64,000 nt of DNA from Candidatus Latescibacterota bacterium (GCA_963422735.1 OY730476.1:3616001-3680000); one strand, 5' to 3'. Numbered from the stretch's first letter, positions 31,986 to 42,372 are shown. Translations and numbers: made by a program. Notes: generated from the sequence alone by a model not told the origin.

Positions 31986-33949
31986 AACCGGTCTTGTGGC
32001 ACGTGAGTTGGCTCGTCTTGGCCGCATGGGCGGCGGCCGATGCGCAGTACTCGCTCAACTTCAGCCGATCCAGTACCCGAACCTCTTGGAAGCACCGGTT
32101 GCCTAGCTGGAACTACTCGACGCCCGTGCTGTTTTCGGCGGTGGAGGACTCGACTTCCAAGCTGACGATTACCGCATCGGCGAATATGGGGTTTACCCTC
32201 GACGATCGCAGCGGCGGCAAGAGTTGGCAGGACAATGCCTCTGGCCGAACTTCGATCAACTATCCCATTCTCGGCCCAAAGGCCACCATCAGCCTCGGTG
32301 CCAGCATGAACACCAGCAACCGAACGCTACAGAAGCAGAAGACACACAGGCGCTCCTTTAACTTTGGATTTAGGTCCAAGCCGTTGAGTAGCGGCCCATT
32401 CAAGAGCCTGAGCACCAGCCTGACCCCGAGCCTAATCTCTGCCACCCGCGCTACCCGTGCTAACCTCGATAGCACTATCGAGGAGGCCGGGATCCGCTAC
32501 AATGCTTCGCTGAGGGTCTCGCCCGACGTCGAGATTGCGGGCAAGAAGCTGAACAACTCGATTTCGCTAAGCAAAATAGACGATACGCTCGAGCACAACA
32601 AAGATCGCAGCGAGCGGCTGAGCGGCAACGTGAGCTATACCTTCCCCGGCGAGGTGCGCGTCGGTCTAAGTATGTCTGAGAACCGCTCTCAGAAAGGCTT
32701 CACGCGCCGCGCCATCAGCGCGGCCGTAGCCGGCGAGGCCGTGCTGCGCGACACGGTGGTCAGCGCCGAGCTATCGGAAACGCGCGGTACTAGCGTTTCC
32801 TCCAACATAGAATTCGATTTGGGGCGCTTCAAAATAAAAAACCGCGCTTCTTACAGTCAGAACGAGCGCACCAACACCGCCAACGCGGTCCAGGACTTAG
32901 ACAACCGCTTCTTCGGCACCGACCGCCTCGGCGAGAACTTTAGCTGGGATGCCTCCCTTTCGGGTAAGTTGGTCGAGAAGCTAGTTCTCAACACTAGCGT
33001 CCGCTTCAAAGGCAGCAATGTGCGCAGGCTGGCGGTGTGGGTACCCGATACCAGCCTTTGCGATAGCCACTTCACGCGCTCGGCGGACGGAACGTGCCGC
33101 GATCCAAGCTCCGACCTCGGCGACCGCAACCTCTTTCTCAACGGCTCTCTCAACTGGCCTTTATCCGATGTACACTCGCTGCGGCTGGCGACCTTTGGCG
33201 AGATCAAACGCTCGGAGAATCCAGGGGACCCCAAGCAGGATCGCGACACCTTCAACAACAGCGTTACCCTCAGCTACGACGCTACCCTGCGCTCGGGCAC
33301 CAAGCTCAACGTCGATCTCAAAAACAGCTTTTTGCACCGCGTGAACATGCACGCCACCCGCGCCGGAGACAACTCGCGCAACCGCGACATTTCGCTCAAT
33401 ATCGGCACTAACTACCAGCGTTTGGGCGCGTCCTTTTCGCACAGATTCAGCGTCTCGGCAAGGCGCACCATTTACGATTTCGACCGCCAAGTCAATCGCC
33501 GCGAGTCGTCGCGCAAAAGCAATATCCGCCGCGGCTGGAGCATGGGGCACTCGCTGCGGCGCAAGGTCTTCGACGACCTCTCGCTCAACACGCGCTACAA
33601 CTACTCGGCCGACGATGACGGCACCTTGATCTTGGAAAACGGTGCCCAGATTGTCGAAGAGGAAAACGCCAGATACTCCATCCAATTCGGCATGACCTAC
33701 TCGCCCAGCTCTGGCTACTCGGCCGGCGCAAGCTACGCCTACAAGCTCTCCCGCAAGTGGGATTACGATTATTCCACGCTCCCACAGTCGCGCTCCCTCA
33801 ACCGCTCCAATAAACACCGGACGCTGTCGGCGAACTTCAACTACAAGCCGGTCGGCAGCGACAACAAGCTCATCTTGCGCGGCAGCCGCAATCACCAGCG
33901 CAGCGGTACTTTTAACAGCTTGACTGTAACCTATACGCGATCGCTGTAA
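31982..33949 (+). CDS. Hypothetical exported protein, probable outer-membrane beta-barrel
   Basis: GTGA overlap with rsmA; signal peptide (AAWAAADA); many amphipathic Ser/Thr/Tyr/Phe strands; ends LTVTYTRSL. Confidence 0.6.
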   Translation: MKPVLWHVSWLVLAAWAAADAQYSLNFSRSSTRTSWKHRLPSWNYSTPVLFSAVEDSTSKLTITASANMGFTLDDRSGGKSWQDNASGRTSINYPILGPKATISLGASMNTSNRTLQKQKTHRRSFNFGFRSKPLSSGPFKSLSTSLTPSLISATRATRANLDSTIEEAGIRYNASLRVSPDVEIAGKKLNNSISLSKIDDTLEHNKDRSERLSGNVSYTFPGEVRVGLSMSENRSQKGFTRRAISAAVAGEAVLRDTVVSAELSETRGTSVSSNIEFDLGRFKIKNRASYSQNERTNTANAVQDLDNRFFGTDRLGENFSWDASLSGKLVEKLVLNTSVRFKGSNVRRLAVWVPDTSLCDSHFTRSADGTCRDPSSDLGDRNLFLNGSLNWPLSDVHSLRLATFGEIKRSENPGDPKQDRDTFNNSVTLSYDATLRSGTKLNVDLKNSFLHRVNMHATRAGDNSRNRDISLNIGTNYQRLGASFSHRFSVSARRTIYDFDRQVNRRESSRKSNIRRGWSMGHSLRRKVFDDLSLNTRYNYSADDDGTLILENGAQIVEEENARYSIQFGMTYSPSSGYSAGASYAYKLSRKWDYDYSTLPQSRSLNRSNKHRTLSANFNYKPVGSDNKLILRGSRNHQRSGTFNSLTVTYTRSL

Positions 33950-34024
33950 TCGCTTAACACTGGTAACAGTTTCGCAGTGGTGTTACCTTAATTAATCGCA
34001 TACTTGCCCAAGGAGATTTTCTGC

Positions 34025-34945
34025 ATGCCCCTACCCAAATGCGATAAAATCTGGTTCAATGGCCAATTGGTCGATTGGGACGACGCCAAGATCCACGTGC
34101 TCTCTCACGTAGTACACTACGGATCGAGCGTCTTTGAAGGCGTTCGCTGTTACAAGACAGCGAAAGGCTCGGCCGTATTCCGCCTCGACGAGCACGTCAA
34201 CAGGCTATTTGATTCCGCCAAGATCTACCGCATGGAAATTCCCTATACGCGAGCGGAGATCAGAGAGGCCATCCTCGAGACGATCCGCGTCAACCAACTC
34301 GCGGCCTGCTATATCCGCCCGGTCGTCTTCCGCGGCTATGAGAACTTGGGAGTTGATCCGATGGGATGCCCGGTTGACGCAGTGATCGCCGTTTGGGAGT
34401 GGGGAGAGTACCTCGGAGAGGCCGCGCTCAAAAACGGCGTTTCGGTCTGCACCTCGTCGTGGAATCGCATGGCCCCGAATACGTTCCCCGCCTTGGCCAA
34501 GGCCGGCGGCAACTACCTCAGCTCGCAGCTCGTGAGAATCGAAGCCAATGCGAACGGCTATGACGAGGGCATTGTCTTGGGAACGGATGGATTGGTGAGC
34601 GAGGGCAGCGGCGAGAACATCTTTGTCGTCAAGAACGGCTCGATTTACACGCCCGAGTCGTGTTTTGCCATCCTGCCGGGCATTACCCGCCACACCGCCA
34701 TTACTCTGATACGCGATCTGGGGATGCGAGTCGAGCAGCGCGGTATTCCGCGTGAGTTCCTCTACATCGCCGACGAGGTGTTCTTCACTGGCACGGCCGC
34801 CGAAATCACGCCGATCCGCGCCATAGACCAAGTGCAGGTCGGCTGTGGAAAGTGCGGGCCGATCACCGCGCAGATACAAGACGCCTTTTTCGCAGTGGTT
34901 CGCGTCGAAGTCGAGGATCGGCACGGGTGGCTGACCTTTGTGTGA
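34025..34945 (+). CDS. ilvE: Branched-chain amino acid aminotransferase
   Basis: [46 protein letters not shown]. Confidence 0.95.
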   Translation: MPLPKCDKIWFNGQLVDWDDAKIHVLSHVVHYGSSVFEGVRCYKTAKGSAVFRLDEHVNRLFDSAKIYRMEIPYTRAEIREAILETIRVNQLAACYIRPVVFRGYENLGVDPMGCPVDAVIAVWEWGEYLGEAALKNGVSVCTSSWNRMAPNTFPALAKAGGNYLSSQLVRIEANANGYDEGIVLGTDGLVSEGSGENIFVVKNGSIYTPESCFAILPGITRHTAITLIRDLGMRVEQRGIPREFLYIADEVFFTGTAAEITPIRAIDQVQVGCGKCGPITAQIQDAFFAVVRVEVEDRHGWLTFV

Positions 34946-34978
34946 TGGATTGGGTATAGCTAATACAAAGGAAAGAAT

Positions 34979-36814
34979 ATGCCGAAAGTTAGAATGTTCG
35001 TAGTGGTTGCTTGGCTGGGCATCTGCGTCGTCGGCCATGCCGCAGCTGAGGAAGGGGCATGGGAGGTGATACAGAAAATTCTCATAAGTACCAAGGATAT
35101 CGTCGTGCTCGATGGCACCAAGAAGGTGCCGCTGCGCTACGAGGGAGCAGAAAAGCCGACCCCCGGCGACTGGATGGTGCGCCACCTGCTGTCCGACCCC
35201 GAAAAACTCAACCCGTACACCTCCAACGATGCCGCTGCTAGCCGGGTGCTAGATCATATCTTTGAGAGTCTGCTCGACGCCGACCATGAGCCGCCGTACA
35301 ACTTGCGGGGGTGGGTGGCCGTCGGCTATCCAGAGGTTGCCGCGGACAAACTCACGTACACGTTTGAGTTACGCGACGGGGTTTACTTCTCAGACGGCAA
35401 GCCGCTGACGGCCGCGGACGTCGTCTTCAGCATGAAGGTCATCCACAACCCCCAAGTGCTAGCTCCGCATCTGCGCAACTACTATGCTACCGTCCAAGAT
35501 GTGCAGATCGTGGGGACTAACAAAGTCCGCTTCCTTTGCCGCGAGCCTTATTTCCGCAACGCTCTGATCTTGGGCGGCCTCGACATTCTGCCCAAGCATT
35601 TCTACGACCCGGAGGGGCTAATGGACCCAGTCGAGGTCCAGAGCTTGGTGGACGGCTCTTGGGAGGCGGGGCCGCACGAGGAACGGGTTGAGCGCTTTGC
35701 CGGACAATTCAACCAAAATTTCAACCGCAAGGTACTAGGCTCGGGGCCGTATATAATCGAAGATCCAGAGCGCGATTTGGTCACTCAGCAGAAGATCGTG
35801 CTGACGCGGGATGCAAACTACTGGGGTTGGGACGTGGAAGGGCTGCTGTCGCCCGGCTTTGTCGATAAGATCGTCTTTAACATCATCAACAATACAGACG
35901 CGGCGTTCATCGAGTTGACCAACGGCCACCTCGACTACCACAACCTGCGTCCTCTGGAGTTCAAGGAAAAGAGCTGGTCGGAAGACTTTAACCGCCGCTT
36001 CCTCAAGGGCGTTAGCTACGCCGGTGGCTATATGTACATAGGATGGAACAACAGTCATCCAATTTTTGGCGATAAGCGGGTGCGCCAAGCCATGACCTAT
36101 CTGACCGACCGCGAGGGCATGGTGGAGAACATTATGTTCGGCTTGGCCGAGACAGTAGAAGGGCCGATCCACAAGTTCCGCCCGGAGTACAACCACGACC
36201 TCGCTCCGTACACCTACGACCCCGACCGCGCCCTCGACCTGCTGGCGGAGGCTGGCTGGGCGGACGCCGATGAGGACGGCATTTTCGACAAGACCATTGA
36301 CGGGGAGTTGGTGCCATTTCGCTTTGAGATTTTGGTCAACTCGGGCAACCAGACCCGCAAAGACATCGCCCTGACTCTGCAATACGAGTTGCAGGATATC
36401 GGCATTGACTGCCAAGTGCGCGAGCTAGACTGGTCGATCTTTCTGCAAAAGGTCCGAGGCAAGGAATTCGACGCCATGGTGCTGGGCTGGACCGGTAGCC
36501 TGCGTTTTGCTCCCGACGGCTACCAAATCTGGCATTCCTCGCAGACAGTAGAGAACGGTTCCAACTCGGTGAGCTTCATAAACGCCGAGGTTGATCAAAT
36601 TTTGGAAGACTACCGCCGCGAGTTCGACATGGACAAGCGCATTGAACTCTACCGCCGCTTTCAGGAAATCCTGCACGAGGAACAGCCATATACCTTCATG
36701 TGGAAATCGCGCTCGCCCCAAGCCTATAGCCGGCGCTTCAGTGGCGTTACTTGGTATCCCCCCGGCGTCCGCTTGCAAGACTGGTGGGTCGCGCAGGAAG
36801 AGCAGATGTACTAA
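34979..36814 (+). CDS. Peptide/nickel ABC transporter substrate-binding protein (family 5, OppA/AppA-like)
   Basis: Signal peptide; LNP, FELRDGV.FSDGKPLTAADV.FS, GSGPY, DKRVRQA, YDPDRA..LL.EAGW. Confidence 0.92.
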   Translation: MPKVRMFVVVAWLGICVVGHAAAEEGAWEVIQKILISTKDIVVLDGTKKVPLRYEGAEKPTPGDWMVRHLLSDPEKLNPYTSNDAAASRVLDHIFESLLDADHEPPYNLRGWVAVGYPEVAADKLTYTFELRDGVYFSDGKPLTAADVVFSMKVIHNPQVLAPHLRNYYATVQDVQIVGTNKVRFLCREPYFRNALILGGLDILPKHFYDPEGLMDPVEVQSLVDGSWEAGPHEERVERFAGQFNQNFNRKVLGSGPYIIEDPERDLVTQQKIVLTRDANYWGWDVEGLLSPGFVDKIVFNIINNTDAAFIELTNGHLDYHNLRPLEFKEKSWSEDFNRRFLKGVSYAGGYMYIGWNNSHPIFGDKRVRQAMTYLTDREGMVENIMFGLAETVEGPIHKFRPEYNHDLAPYTYDPDRALDLLAEAGWADADEDGIFDKTIDGELVPFRFEILVNSGNQTRKDIALTLQYELQDIGIDCQVRELDWSIFLQKVRGKEFDAMVLGWTGSLRFAPDGYQIWHSSQTVENGSNSVSFINAEVDQILEDYRREFDMDKRIELYRRFQEILHEEQPYTFMWKSRSPQAYSRRFSGVTWYPPGVRLQDWWVAQEEQMY

Positions 36815-36828
36815 CTAAGGCGCTTTCT

Positions 36829-37245
36829 GTGTCCTCCGCAGACCTCCTCCGCTGGGAGAGCCTCCCCCTGCGCCGGGAGAAGCTAGCCAAATCAATACTG
36901 CTGGTCTTACTAATCGTCGCTTCCTCAGCGGCAGCGGCTTTTGGTTTTGAGCATTGGTTTTACGGAGTGTTTTCACTCGGAGCATTGACCGTCTCGCTGT
37001 CGCGCTATTTCTTTCCTACGCGCTACGCGCTCGACAGCGAAGGGGTCAGCAGCGAACACCTCGGCCTTAAACAGCGCCGTCCTTGGGCGGAATTCCATCG
37101 AGCAGACGAGTACCGAGATGGCATTTTTTTACATCCGTCTGTCCGTCCGGGTCGGCTGGATTCCTTTCGCGGCGTTTTTGTGCGCTTCGACCAAAACCGC
37201 GAAGAAGTTGTGCGTTTCGTCCGGTGCCATGTTCCGAATCAATAG
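36829..37245 (+). CDS. Hypothetical membrane protein (2 TM + PH-like beta domain)
   Basis: GTG start 14 nt after the binding-protein stop; 'SRYFFPTRY.L', 'RLDSFRG'. Confidence 0.7.
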   Translation: MSSADLLRWESLPLRREKLAKSILLVLLIVASSAAAAFGFEHWFYGVFSLGALTVSLSRYFFPTRYALDSEGVSSEHLGLKQRRPWAEFHRADEYRDGIFLHPSVRPGRLDSFRGVFVRFDQNREEVVRFVRCHVPNQ

Positions 37246-37564
37246 CTTAAAAGCGCAGTGGCGGCATGCTTTTGCCCTCGAAGACCCAGAGTCGAGTTGG
37301 TCTGAGGACGAGTGTGCGCTCGCCGAGCGGCTGGCTGAGTTTATAGTACGTCGCCGCATGGGAGCGGCCGCGTCCATGGCGTTGGAGGCCTGCCGCCCCC
37401 TCAACTTTTTGGGCAGCCAAGCCCTGACCTTTTTGGCTCCGTTTGCCACGTTGGTCTTTTCGCGTGACGAGTACCAGCACTTTACGCGCATGTTGGAGCG
37501 ACGCCAGTGCATAGACCTGCTCGCGAAGGCCATTGCCCAGCGCGAAGGCCAAAAGCATGGATAA
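37229..37564 (+). CDS. Small conserved hypothetical protein upstream of the GlmL-like gene
   Basis: Overlaps both neighbours; 'LA..IVRRRM...A...LE..RPL.FLGSQ.L.FL.PF...LE.R'. Confidence 0.75.
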   Translation: MFRINSLKAQWRHAFALEDPESSWSEDECALAERLAEFIVRRRMGAAASMALEACRPLNFLGSQALTFLAPFATLVFSRDEYQHFTRMLERRQCIDLLAKAIAQREGQKHG

Positions 37565-39338
37565 CCTCAACGTAGTTATCGCTACGGACTGTGGTAGTAC
37601 GACGACCAAGGCGATCCTGATCGAAAAGAAGGACGAAGGGTATCGCCAGACCTTTCGCGGAGAGGCCCCAACCACGGTCGAGGCCCCCTTTGAAGACGTA
37701 ACCCGGGGAGTGCTCAATGCCATTCAAGAGGTCGAAGAGCTTTCTGGACGGCAAATCCTCGATGGCGAGCGGATTATCACTCCGGCAGACGGCGATGTTG
37801 GGGTCGATATCTACATCTCGACGAGCAGTGCCGGCGGTGGGTTGCAGATGGTGGTGGCCGGCGTGGTACTGGCGATGACCGGCGAGAGCGCACAGCGCTG
37901 TGCTTTGGGTGCCGGGGCAATCGTCATGGACGCGCTCGCTGCCAACGATGGGCGCTTGCCCCACGAAAAAATAGAGCGCATCCGCCAATTGCGTCCCGAT
38001 ATGGTGCTGCTGTCGGGCGGTACGGATGGCGGCACCGTCAGCCACGTGGTCGAACTGGCCGAATTCATCAGCGCCGCCGATCCCAAACCCCGCTTTGGCG
38101 CGGGTTTCAAGCTACCGGTTATTTTTGCAGGCAATGAGGACGCGCACGAGGAGGTCGAAAAGGCACTGGGGGGGAAGATGGCCCTGACCGTTACCGAGAA
38201 TATCCGCCCAGTGCTCGAAGAGGAAAATCTGGACCCGGCGCGGCACGTCATTCACGACCTCTTTCTCGAACATGTCATGGCGCAGGCACCTGGCTACCGC
38301 AAGCTGATGGGCTGGACCGGCGCGCCGATTATGCCGACGCCCGGGGCGGTGGGCCAGATCATGCAGACCATTGCCTGCCAGCAGGAGATCAACGTCGTCG
38401 GTGTGGATATCGGTGGGGCGACAACCGATGTGTTCAGCGTCTTCGACGGCGTGTTCAACCGCACGGTCAGTGCCAATCTCGGCATGTCCTATAGCGTCTC
38501 CAACGTGTTGGTCGAGGCCGGCCTCGACCACATCATGCGCTGGGTTCCTTTCGACATTGAGGAGGTCGACCTCCGAGACCGGATCAAAAACAAGATGATC
38601 CGCCCGACGACCATCCCGCAGCTAATGCAGGAATTGCAAGTTGAGCAAGCCATTGCCCGCGAGGCCCTGCGCCTAGCCTTTGATCAACATCGGGCGTTGG
38701 CGGTGGGATTGAAGGGGGTCCAGAGCAAGCGTACGCTGGCCGATGTCTTTGAGCAGAGTGCCACCGGCGAGAGTTTAGTCGAGATGATGACGCTGGACAT
38801 GCTAGTCGGCAGCGGCGGAGTGCTCTCGCATGCGCCCCGCCGCGAGCAGAGTTGCGCCATGCTCATAGATGCCTTCCAGCCCGAGGGCCTCACCCGCTTG
38901 GCGGTCGATAGCATCTTTATGATGCCCCACTTAGGGGTGCTCTCGACTGTTGACGAGCGGGCCGCCACCGAGGTTTTCGAGCGCGATTGCCTGATCTACT
39001 TGGGCACTTGTGTGGCCCCCGTCGGCGAAGGTAAGGACGGCGAGGTCTGCCTCCAATACGAAATGCAACTGCCCAGCGAGCGTCGAACCGGCCAGTTGCA
39101 GGTCGGCCAGCTACAGTGGATGCCCTTGGCCGATGGCGAGGGGGTCGAAATCTCACTCCAGCCAGCGCGGCGTTGGGATGTGGGTGCTGGCCCGGGGCAG
39201 GCCCTAAATGCGCGGGTGTTCGGCGGGGTCGTGGGGCTAGTGCTGGACGGCCGCGGGCGGCCCATCCAGATGGCGACAGACCGCGACCGCCGTCGTCAGA
39301 TAAGCGACTGGCAGCAGGCGTTAAACTTATACGAGTAG
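37557..39338 (+). CDS. GlmL/MutL-like (glutamate mutase L family) ASKHA-fold ATPase
   Basis: Phosphate-1 ATDCGSTTTKA, SSAGGGL, LSGGTDGG, MPTP.AV, phosphate-2 VDIGGATTDV, RTVSANLGMSYS, GSGGVL. Confidence 0.85.
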   Translation: MDNLNVVIATDCGSTTTKAILIEKKDEGYRQTFRGEAPTTVEAPFEDVTRGVLNAIQEVEELSGRQILDGERIITPADGDVGVDIYISTSSAGGGLQMVVAGVVLAMTGESAQRCALGAGAIVMDALAANDGRLPHEKIERIRQLRPDMVLLSGGTDGGTVSHVVELAEFISAADPKPRFGAGFKLPVIFAGNEDAHEEVEKALGGKMALTVTENIRPVLEEENLDPARHVIHDLFLEHVMAQAPGYRKLMGWTGAPIMPTPGAVGQIMQTIACQQEINVVGVDIGGATTDVFSVFDGVFNRTVSANLGMSYSVSNVLVEAGLDHIMRWVPFDIEEVDLRDRIKNKMIRPTTIPQLMQELQVEQAIAREALRLAFDQHRALAVGLKGVQSKRTLADVFEQSATGESLVEMMTLDMLVGSGGVLSHAPRREQSCAMLIDAFQPEGLTRLAVDSIFMMPHLGVLSTVDERAATEVFERDCLIYLGTCVAPVGEGKDGEVCLQYEMQLPSERRTGQLQVGQLQWMPLADGEGVEISLQPARRWDVGAGPGQALNARVFGGVVGLVLDGRGRPIQMATDRDRRRQISDWQQALNLYE

Positions 39339-39341
39339 CTC

Positions 39342-40457
39342 ATGGCCCACGCTTATACTCCTGGACTGCGCGTGACGCAATATGCAGTCGTCCACAAAGA
39401 GCGGCGTTTGCCCCTCAAAGGCGAAATTGTCGTCGAGCGCGGTCAAGTGGTGCGACGAAACCAAGTTGTGGCCCGCACCGAACTGCTGGGCGAGGTGGCG
39501 ATTCTTAACTTGGTAAACCGCTTGGGCATTTCGCCGCAAGAGCTATCCGGCTACATGCTCAAAAAAGAGGGCGACCGAGTCGAAGCCGGCGAGCCACTCG
39601 CCGAAACCAAGCCGTTTATTCGATGGTTCAAGACCACCATTGAATCCCCGGTCAGCGGCACAGTCGAGAGCATTTCGCCGGTGACGGGCCAGGTGATACT
39701 AAGGCAAGCTCCTAAGCCTGTCGAAGTCTTGGCGTACGTCGATGGAGTCGTAGAGGAAATTTTTGTCGAAGAGGGCATACGCGTCGCAGCACGAGGTGCT
39801 TATATTCAGGGCATTTTTGGCGTGGGGGGTGAGTGCTGGGGTGCGCTGCACTTGGCGGTTGCGGCCCCGGATGCCATTGTCGGGCCGCTAGGCCCGGAAG
39901 TTGCGGGCAAGATTGTAGTGGTCGGCAGTCTGATTAGCGCGGAGACTGTGGAACAGGCCCGGCAGGCAGGTGCTGTGGGGTTGATCGGCGGCGGCCTGCG
40001 CGACCGCGACTTGCGCGACCTGCTCGGCCGCGATTTGGGCGTGGCCATCACCGGGACCGAGCAAATCGGCCTGACAGTGGTGGCGACCGAAGGCTTCGGC
40101 CGCGTCGCCATGGCCCGCAAGACCTTTGATATTCTGCGAGCCTGTGCCGGCATGGATGCGTCCATGGCTGGCGCGACCCAGATCCGTGCTGGCGTATTGC
40201 GGCCGGAGATTATCGTCCCCACAGCCGCTGACAAAGAGGAAGAAAAAGTGCGGCCGAGTGCTGGCGGGTTGCAGATGGGCGATTTGTTACGAGTGATTCG
40301 GATGCCTTATTTTGGGCGGATTGGGCGCGTCCGCGACTTGCCGACCGAGTTGTGCAAGGTGGAGTCCGGGGCATGGGTGCGGGTATTGGCAGTGGAGTTT
40401 GAAGGCGGGGAACAGGCGGTAGTGCCGAGGGCGAACGTAGAGCTGATTGAGGAATAA
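39342..40457 (+). CDS. Uncharacterised soluble partner of the GlmL-like ATPase (barrel-sandwich-like repeats, C-terminal KOW/SH3-like domain)
   Basis: 3 nt after the GlmL-like stop; 'V..G..V', 'KKEGDRVEAGEPLA...SPVSGTV', TEGFG, TQIRAGV.RPE, 'GD..RVIR.PYFGRIG.V...VPRANVE'. Confidence 0.8.
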   Translation: MAHAYTPGLRVTQYAVVHKERRLPLKGEIVVERGQVVRRNQVVARTELLGEVAILNLVNRLGISPQELSGYMLKKEGDRVEAGEPLAETKPFIRWFKTTIESPVSGTVESISPVTGQVILRQAPKPVEVLAYVDGVVEEIFVEEGIRVAARGAYIQGIFGVGGECWGALHLAVAAPDAIVGPLGPEVAGKIVVVGSLISAETVEQARQAGAVGLIGGGLRDRDLRDLLGRDLGVAITGTEQIGLTVVATEGFGRVAMARKTFDILRACAGMDASMAGATQIRAGVLRPEIIVPTAADKEEEKVRPSAGGLQMGDLLRVIRMPYFGRIGRVRDLPTELCKVESGAWVRVLAVEFEGGEQAVVPRANVELIEE

Positions 40458-40461
40458 AGGC

Positions 40462-41706
40462 ATGAGAGTAAAAAACTGGGTATCTGCATTAGTCTTGGCT
40501 TGGCCGTTGGCGAGCGCGGCGGAGAATGCGGAACAGGCACTCGGCGCGTTGCTGGCACACCCTATGCCGCCGATCGAGGTCCAAGCCTTCGACACGCCCA
40601 ACGACGACGGGGGTAGCATTACGCTGACTTGGCCGCGAGATCGTCAGGTCGGTGAAAATGCGATGTATCAGGTCGCCATCGCCGATTCGCCCAGCGGGCC
40701 TTTTCGCGTCGTGGCTGAGGTAGCGGCAACGGAGAATTTGATGTCTGAGGTGCCAGCGCTCTTTGGACACGGGGACGATCTGGAGAATCACCACTATGTC
40801 AACGTCGAGGAATTCGCCGGCGCGGGCGGGAAGACGCCGCTAGAAGACGGCAAGACGTATTACTTTCACGTCGATGTGCGGTCGGCCGGGGGTGCAATTC
40901 GCGGCAAAGTGATCGTCAACGCCGAGTCCGCAGGCAATTTTTTTAATCGCGCCAAGGCCAACAATCTGGTATTGTGCCTCGTGTTCTCAGGGCTTATCAT
41001 GGGCTACATTGGCATTGCGCGGCGGCGCGAACTCAAGATCCGCCGCATCGCCGGGCTAGAGGCACTCGACGAGGCACTGGGGCGGGCGACCGAGATGGGC
41101 AAGCCGGTGCTTTTCATTCACGGCCTGCGCGGCATGGACTCGATATCAACCATTGCAGCGGTCAATATCTTGGGACGGGTCGCACGGCGTACTGCCGAAT
41201 ACGACACCGCGCTGCGAGTGGTGGCCCCAGATCCGGTGGTTATGTCTGTGAGTCAGGAGACGATGAAAGCCTCGTATATAGAGGCGGGACGGCCCGATGC
41301 CTTCAATCCCGACCACGTCTTCATCGCCGGTACTGAGCAGTTTAGCTATGCGGCAGCGGTCGAGGGCCTTATGATACGAGACCGGCCGGCGGCTCACATT
41401 ATGATGGGGTACTTCTACGCTGAGTCGCTGTTGTTGGCCGAGACGGGTTCGACGACCGGGGCGATTCAGATCGCCGGCACCGATGCCTTCACCCAGTTGC
41501 CATTCTTTATTACTACTTGCGACTATACCCTGCTCGGTGAAGAACTCTACGCAGCCAGTGCTTATCTATCAGGTGAGCCGAGGATGCTGGGATCCCTCAA
41601 AGGCCAAGACGCCGGTAAGGTCCTTATTTTGGCCGCCTTGGTGTTGGGCGCGTTTTTGGCGGTTTGGGATCTGCCCCAACTAACCCACTTCTTTACTCCT
41701 TATTGA
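40462..41706 (+). CDS. Exported FN3-like domain fused to a DUF6754-like membrane domain
   Basis: Signal peptide; 'AFDTPNDDGGSITLTW' FN3-like start; TM then 'IRRIAGLEALDEALGRATEMGKP', 'QLPFFITTCDYTLLGEELYAASAYL'. Confidence 0.8.
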   Translation: MRVKNWVSALVLAWPLASAAENAEQALGALLAHPMPPIEVQAFDTPNDDGGSITLTWPRDRQVGENAMYQVAIADSPSGPFRVVAEVAATENLMSEVPALFGHGDDLENHHYVNVEEFAGAGGKTPLEDGKTYYFHVDVRSAGGAIRGKVIVNAESAGNFFNRAKANNLVLCLVFSGLIMGYIGIARRRELKIRRIAGLEALDEALGRATEMGKPVLFIHGLRGMDSISTIAAVNILGRVARRTAEYDTALRVVAPDPVVMSVSQETMKASYIEAGRPDAFNPDHVFIAGTEQFSYAAAVEGLMIRDRPAAHIMMGYFYAESLLLAETGSTTGAIQIAGTDAFTQLPFFITTCDYTLLGEELYAASAYLSGEPRMLGSLKGQDAGKVLILAALVLGAFLAVWDLPQLTHFFTPY

Positions 41707-41715
41707 GGAGGGGCC

Positions 41716-42372
41716 ATGTTGTTTTTTAGCCGGACCTTACCACTGGCCGTCGCCTTAGTCTTTGGCCTGTTGGGCATTGCCATTTACTACATACCGCACG
41801 GCAATGCACAGGGCTTCGAGCGAGAAATGGCGAAGTGGGTGCGCATTATCTTCGCGTTTTCCTATCTGATCGGGCTCTACAGCCTGCTCAACTTGCACTG
41901 GCAGCGCATCCGCCAGCACGTCGCTGGTTGGGGCTACAGCTTCGTCGCCATCGCCAGCTTTGCGGTGATGATGTTCTTCGTCGCGTACAATGACGGGCAC
42001 GGCCCTTTTGCCGCTCAGGCCGAGGCCGGAGGCTACAATTGGCTCTTCAAGTACGTCCACCTGCCCTGTTCGGGGACCATGTTCTCGATCTTGGCTTTTT
42101 TCATTGCGTCGGCCGCGTACCGCACTTTTCGCGCCCGCACGTTCGAGGCCGCGCTTTTGCTAATTGCAGCCGTGATCGTCATGCTAGGCCGGGTGCCCAT
42201 CGGCCAGGAGCTGTCGGAGTTTTTTCCACAGGCGACCGATTGGCTGTTGAACGTGCCCAATTTGGCGGCCAAGCGCGGCATCCTGCTCGGGGTTTCGCTA
42301 GGGGCGATTGCGACCTCGCTGCGGATCATCTTCGGCATTGAGCGCGCTTACTTGGGTGGGGGAGACGAGTGA
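41716..42372 (+). CDS. Uncharacterised polytopic membrane protein
   Basis: About 6 hydrophobic segments; 'TMFSILAFFIASAAYR.FRAR', 'AAKRGI.LG..LG......LR...G.ER'; SD GAGGAGG. Confidence 0.8.
   Translation: MLFFSRTLPLAVALVFGLLGIAIYYIPHGNAQGFEREMAKWVRIIFAFSYLIGLYSLLNLHWQRIRQHVAGWGYSFVAIASFAVMMFFVAYNDGHGPFAAQAEAGGYNWLFKYVHLPCSGTMFSILAFFIASAAYRTFRARTFEAALLLIAAVIVMLGRVPIGQELSEFFPQATDWLLNVPNLAAKRGILLGVSLGAIATSLRIIFGIERAYLGGGDE

Noticed and set aside
37557-39338. Reading the MutL/GlmL-like gene as DNA mismatch-repair MutL or as evidence of glutamate fermentation
   Set aside because: It has ASKHA motifs, not GHKL motifs, and no glutamate mutase subunits are present in the window
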